NCBI GenBank assembly: GCA_000934665.2
Contig: JYFJ02002766.1
Span: forward strand, 1 to 51,329
DNA: 51,329 nt
Direction of reading: 5' to 3'
Source of the DNA: Catajapyx aquilonaris
Lineage: Eukaryota
Of this stretch, positions 49,891 through 51,329 are shown piece by piece (the stretch's first letter is position 1; each line of letters opens with the position of its first letter). The notes beneath the pieces are model-generated. The model ran no database searches, was not told the DNA's origin, and saw only the letters and a list, made by a program, of their open reading frames with translations. Position numbers and translations under genes: made by a program.

Positions 49891-50406
49891 GACGAGAAGA
49901 CGAGTCAGCGCACCCGGTTTTGGCTCGAAGCTGCCCAGAAAGTGGCGGGAAACGTAATGACCCGGCCCTCTTAATAGTCAAAAATAAGAGACCGAAATCA
50001 TTCAACGTTTCACTCAGATAATGATATGACAGACTTCATACAGTATTTACATCACGAGGTTCACGTCCTTCTGGGTGTCATCATTCTTTCCTAGAAGCCA
50101 ACTTCACTGAATTAGTTATCACTACTTGTAAGCTTACATTACCACACTAATGACATCCAGAGAACATTGTGAAACCAAGCAGGGTTGGAGGCAGGAGAGC
50201 GTGACATTTCTGCTGGCGACTTCATTTTGGATTCAGATGATAATTATAGGTGGTCAGCGACGTGGTCAGTGAGTGGGTTGCTCAATTCACTTTACATCTT
50301 CCAGTCACTTGAGCTAACTGTCTAGCAAGAAACGGACGTTAGCACTAACCTCGCTGTCACCTTTTCAAATATTAATATCAACTATATTGTCCGGGCATCG
50401 AAGACA

Positions 50407-51237
50407 ATGCAGGTCACATACACGTTCTACGCAGCAGTCATGCTACTAAGACTCGTGTCTTGTCATGTGACAATTCAAGAAAAAGACGAAGGTGTTATTC
50501 TGCATACCCAGTTCATGTGGAACCTGCTGAAGGAAGAAGAACAGGTGGAGTGTCCCGTCATTGTCATAAGTCATGACGTGGGAGGTGCGCTGCCTGAAGA
50601 GATGATGAACTTAATGAAGAACATGTCATCCATAGGGCGACCTTTGTTCCTATCCGCGTCAAGTTCTGTCCGAAGCACTTGGACATGCAATCCTTATTCC
50701 GATAACTCAATCTCACCAGTTTTTGACCTGGAGCCGAAGATGAAGACTGCCAAGTGCTCAATCCATCTCGTAGTGACATGTTCATCCAACTACGAAGATA
50801 TCATGGATGAGATATTAGAGGAGTCAGAAAATGTACTGGTGGTTAGAAAGACAAAGGACTTGTTTGTTTTCTGGGTTAGAGATAGTGTAGATGTAGACTT
50901 TCTTCTGGAAAGACCATTCTCAAAAATCAAGTACAAGGTGGCCATCAGCACTGGGGAGAACAACAGTCTGTTGGTGAGTTCCGTGTGTTTCTTCTGTGAT
51001 GAAGGGAAGCCGATCATTGAGGCGTTCGTCGTGTCACCAAATCACTCCAATGTTTCTTTGCGACAAGTATTCAGGGACACAGCCACTGACCTGCACGGAA
51101 AGTTGTTAAGATCTCTAGGCGGTTACGACTCAAGTTCCTCGGACTGTGAAGACGAAAGGTGGTACAATAAACTGTGCTTTTTCGAAAAAGCTCTGAACTT
51201 TACATGGCATATCTCTGCCTTTGATACTGACATCTAA
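50407..51237 (+). pseudogene. IR8, truncated by a Helitron-like insertion
   Basis: Homology with IR7 ends at ~51232 (LNFTWHISAFD), where unrelated sequence supplies TAA. Confidence 0.8.
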
Positions 51238-51329
51238 TATATATAAAGCCCCAATCCGAGGAGGATATAGGATGGAAAAGATCTCCCACTTCCCGAGGTC
51301 GTACAGACCTCGGACTTACGCCGTTGGAT
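51233..51329 (+). mobile_element. Helitron 5' end, running off the window
   Basis: A|TCTAATATATATAAAG is a typical Helitron 5' terminus and coincides with the loss of IR homology. The 3' CTRR end is not in the window. Confidence 0.65.

Noticed and set aside
2316..51017. Recurrent antisense ORFs (MDEHAT.../MEEHAT...) opposite the IR genes
   Set aside because: Shadows of paralogous IR coding sequence, not independent genes.
1..51329. CRISPR array, rRNA or prokaryotic operon/defence system
   Set aside because: No regularly spaced repeat-spacer array or rRNA seen; the genes have spliceosomal introns, and CLPX and HSCB are the eukaryotic mitochondrial forms.

Overview
Eukaryotic, most likely arthropod/protostome, gene-dense genomic DNA with short GT-AG introns (mostly about 50-100 bp). 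Two arrays of intronless, divergent ionotropic-receptor (IR, variant iGluR chemoreceptor) genes lie at 2.1-11.2 kb (3 copies) and 41.1-51.3 kb (5 copies). Four copies are intact; four are broken, by an LTR-like insertion, a 1-bp frameshift, a ~1 kb deletion and a Helitron insertion. Between the arrays is a block of spliced genes: UBAP1 (-), HSCB (+), a Harbinger-transposase-derived gene (+), VPS33B (-), an orphan HMG-box gene (-), two heparanase paralogues (+) separated by a MATH-BTB gene and a membrane RING-H2 gene (both -), and mitochondrial CLPX (+). Small mobile elements include a tRNA-SINE with a 16-bp TSD, a hAT MITE with an 8-bp TSD, a mini-Helitron and a foldback element. Most notable: (1) the intact Harbinger-derived gene lacks two of its three DDE residues and sits inside the predicted first coding intron of HSCB, on the same strand; (2) the insertion in IR1 could be spliced out in frame; (3) IR3 appears to have been inverted away from its distal upstream element; (4) a G-U-rich long-range stem lies in CLPX intron 4. 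All gene models were spliced by hand and no database searches were run.
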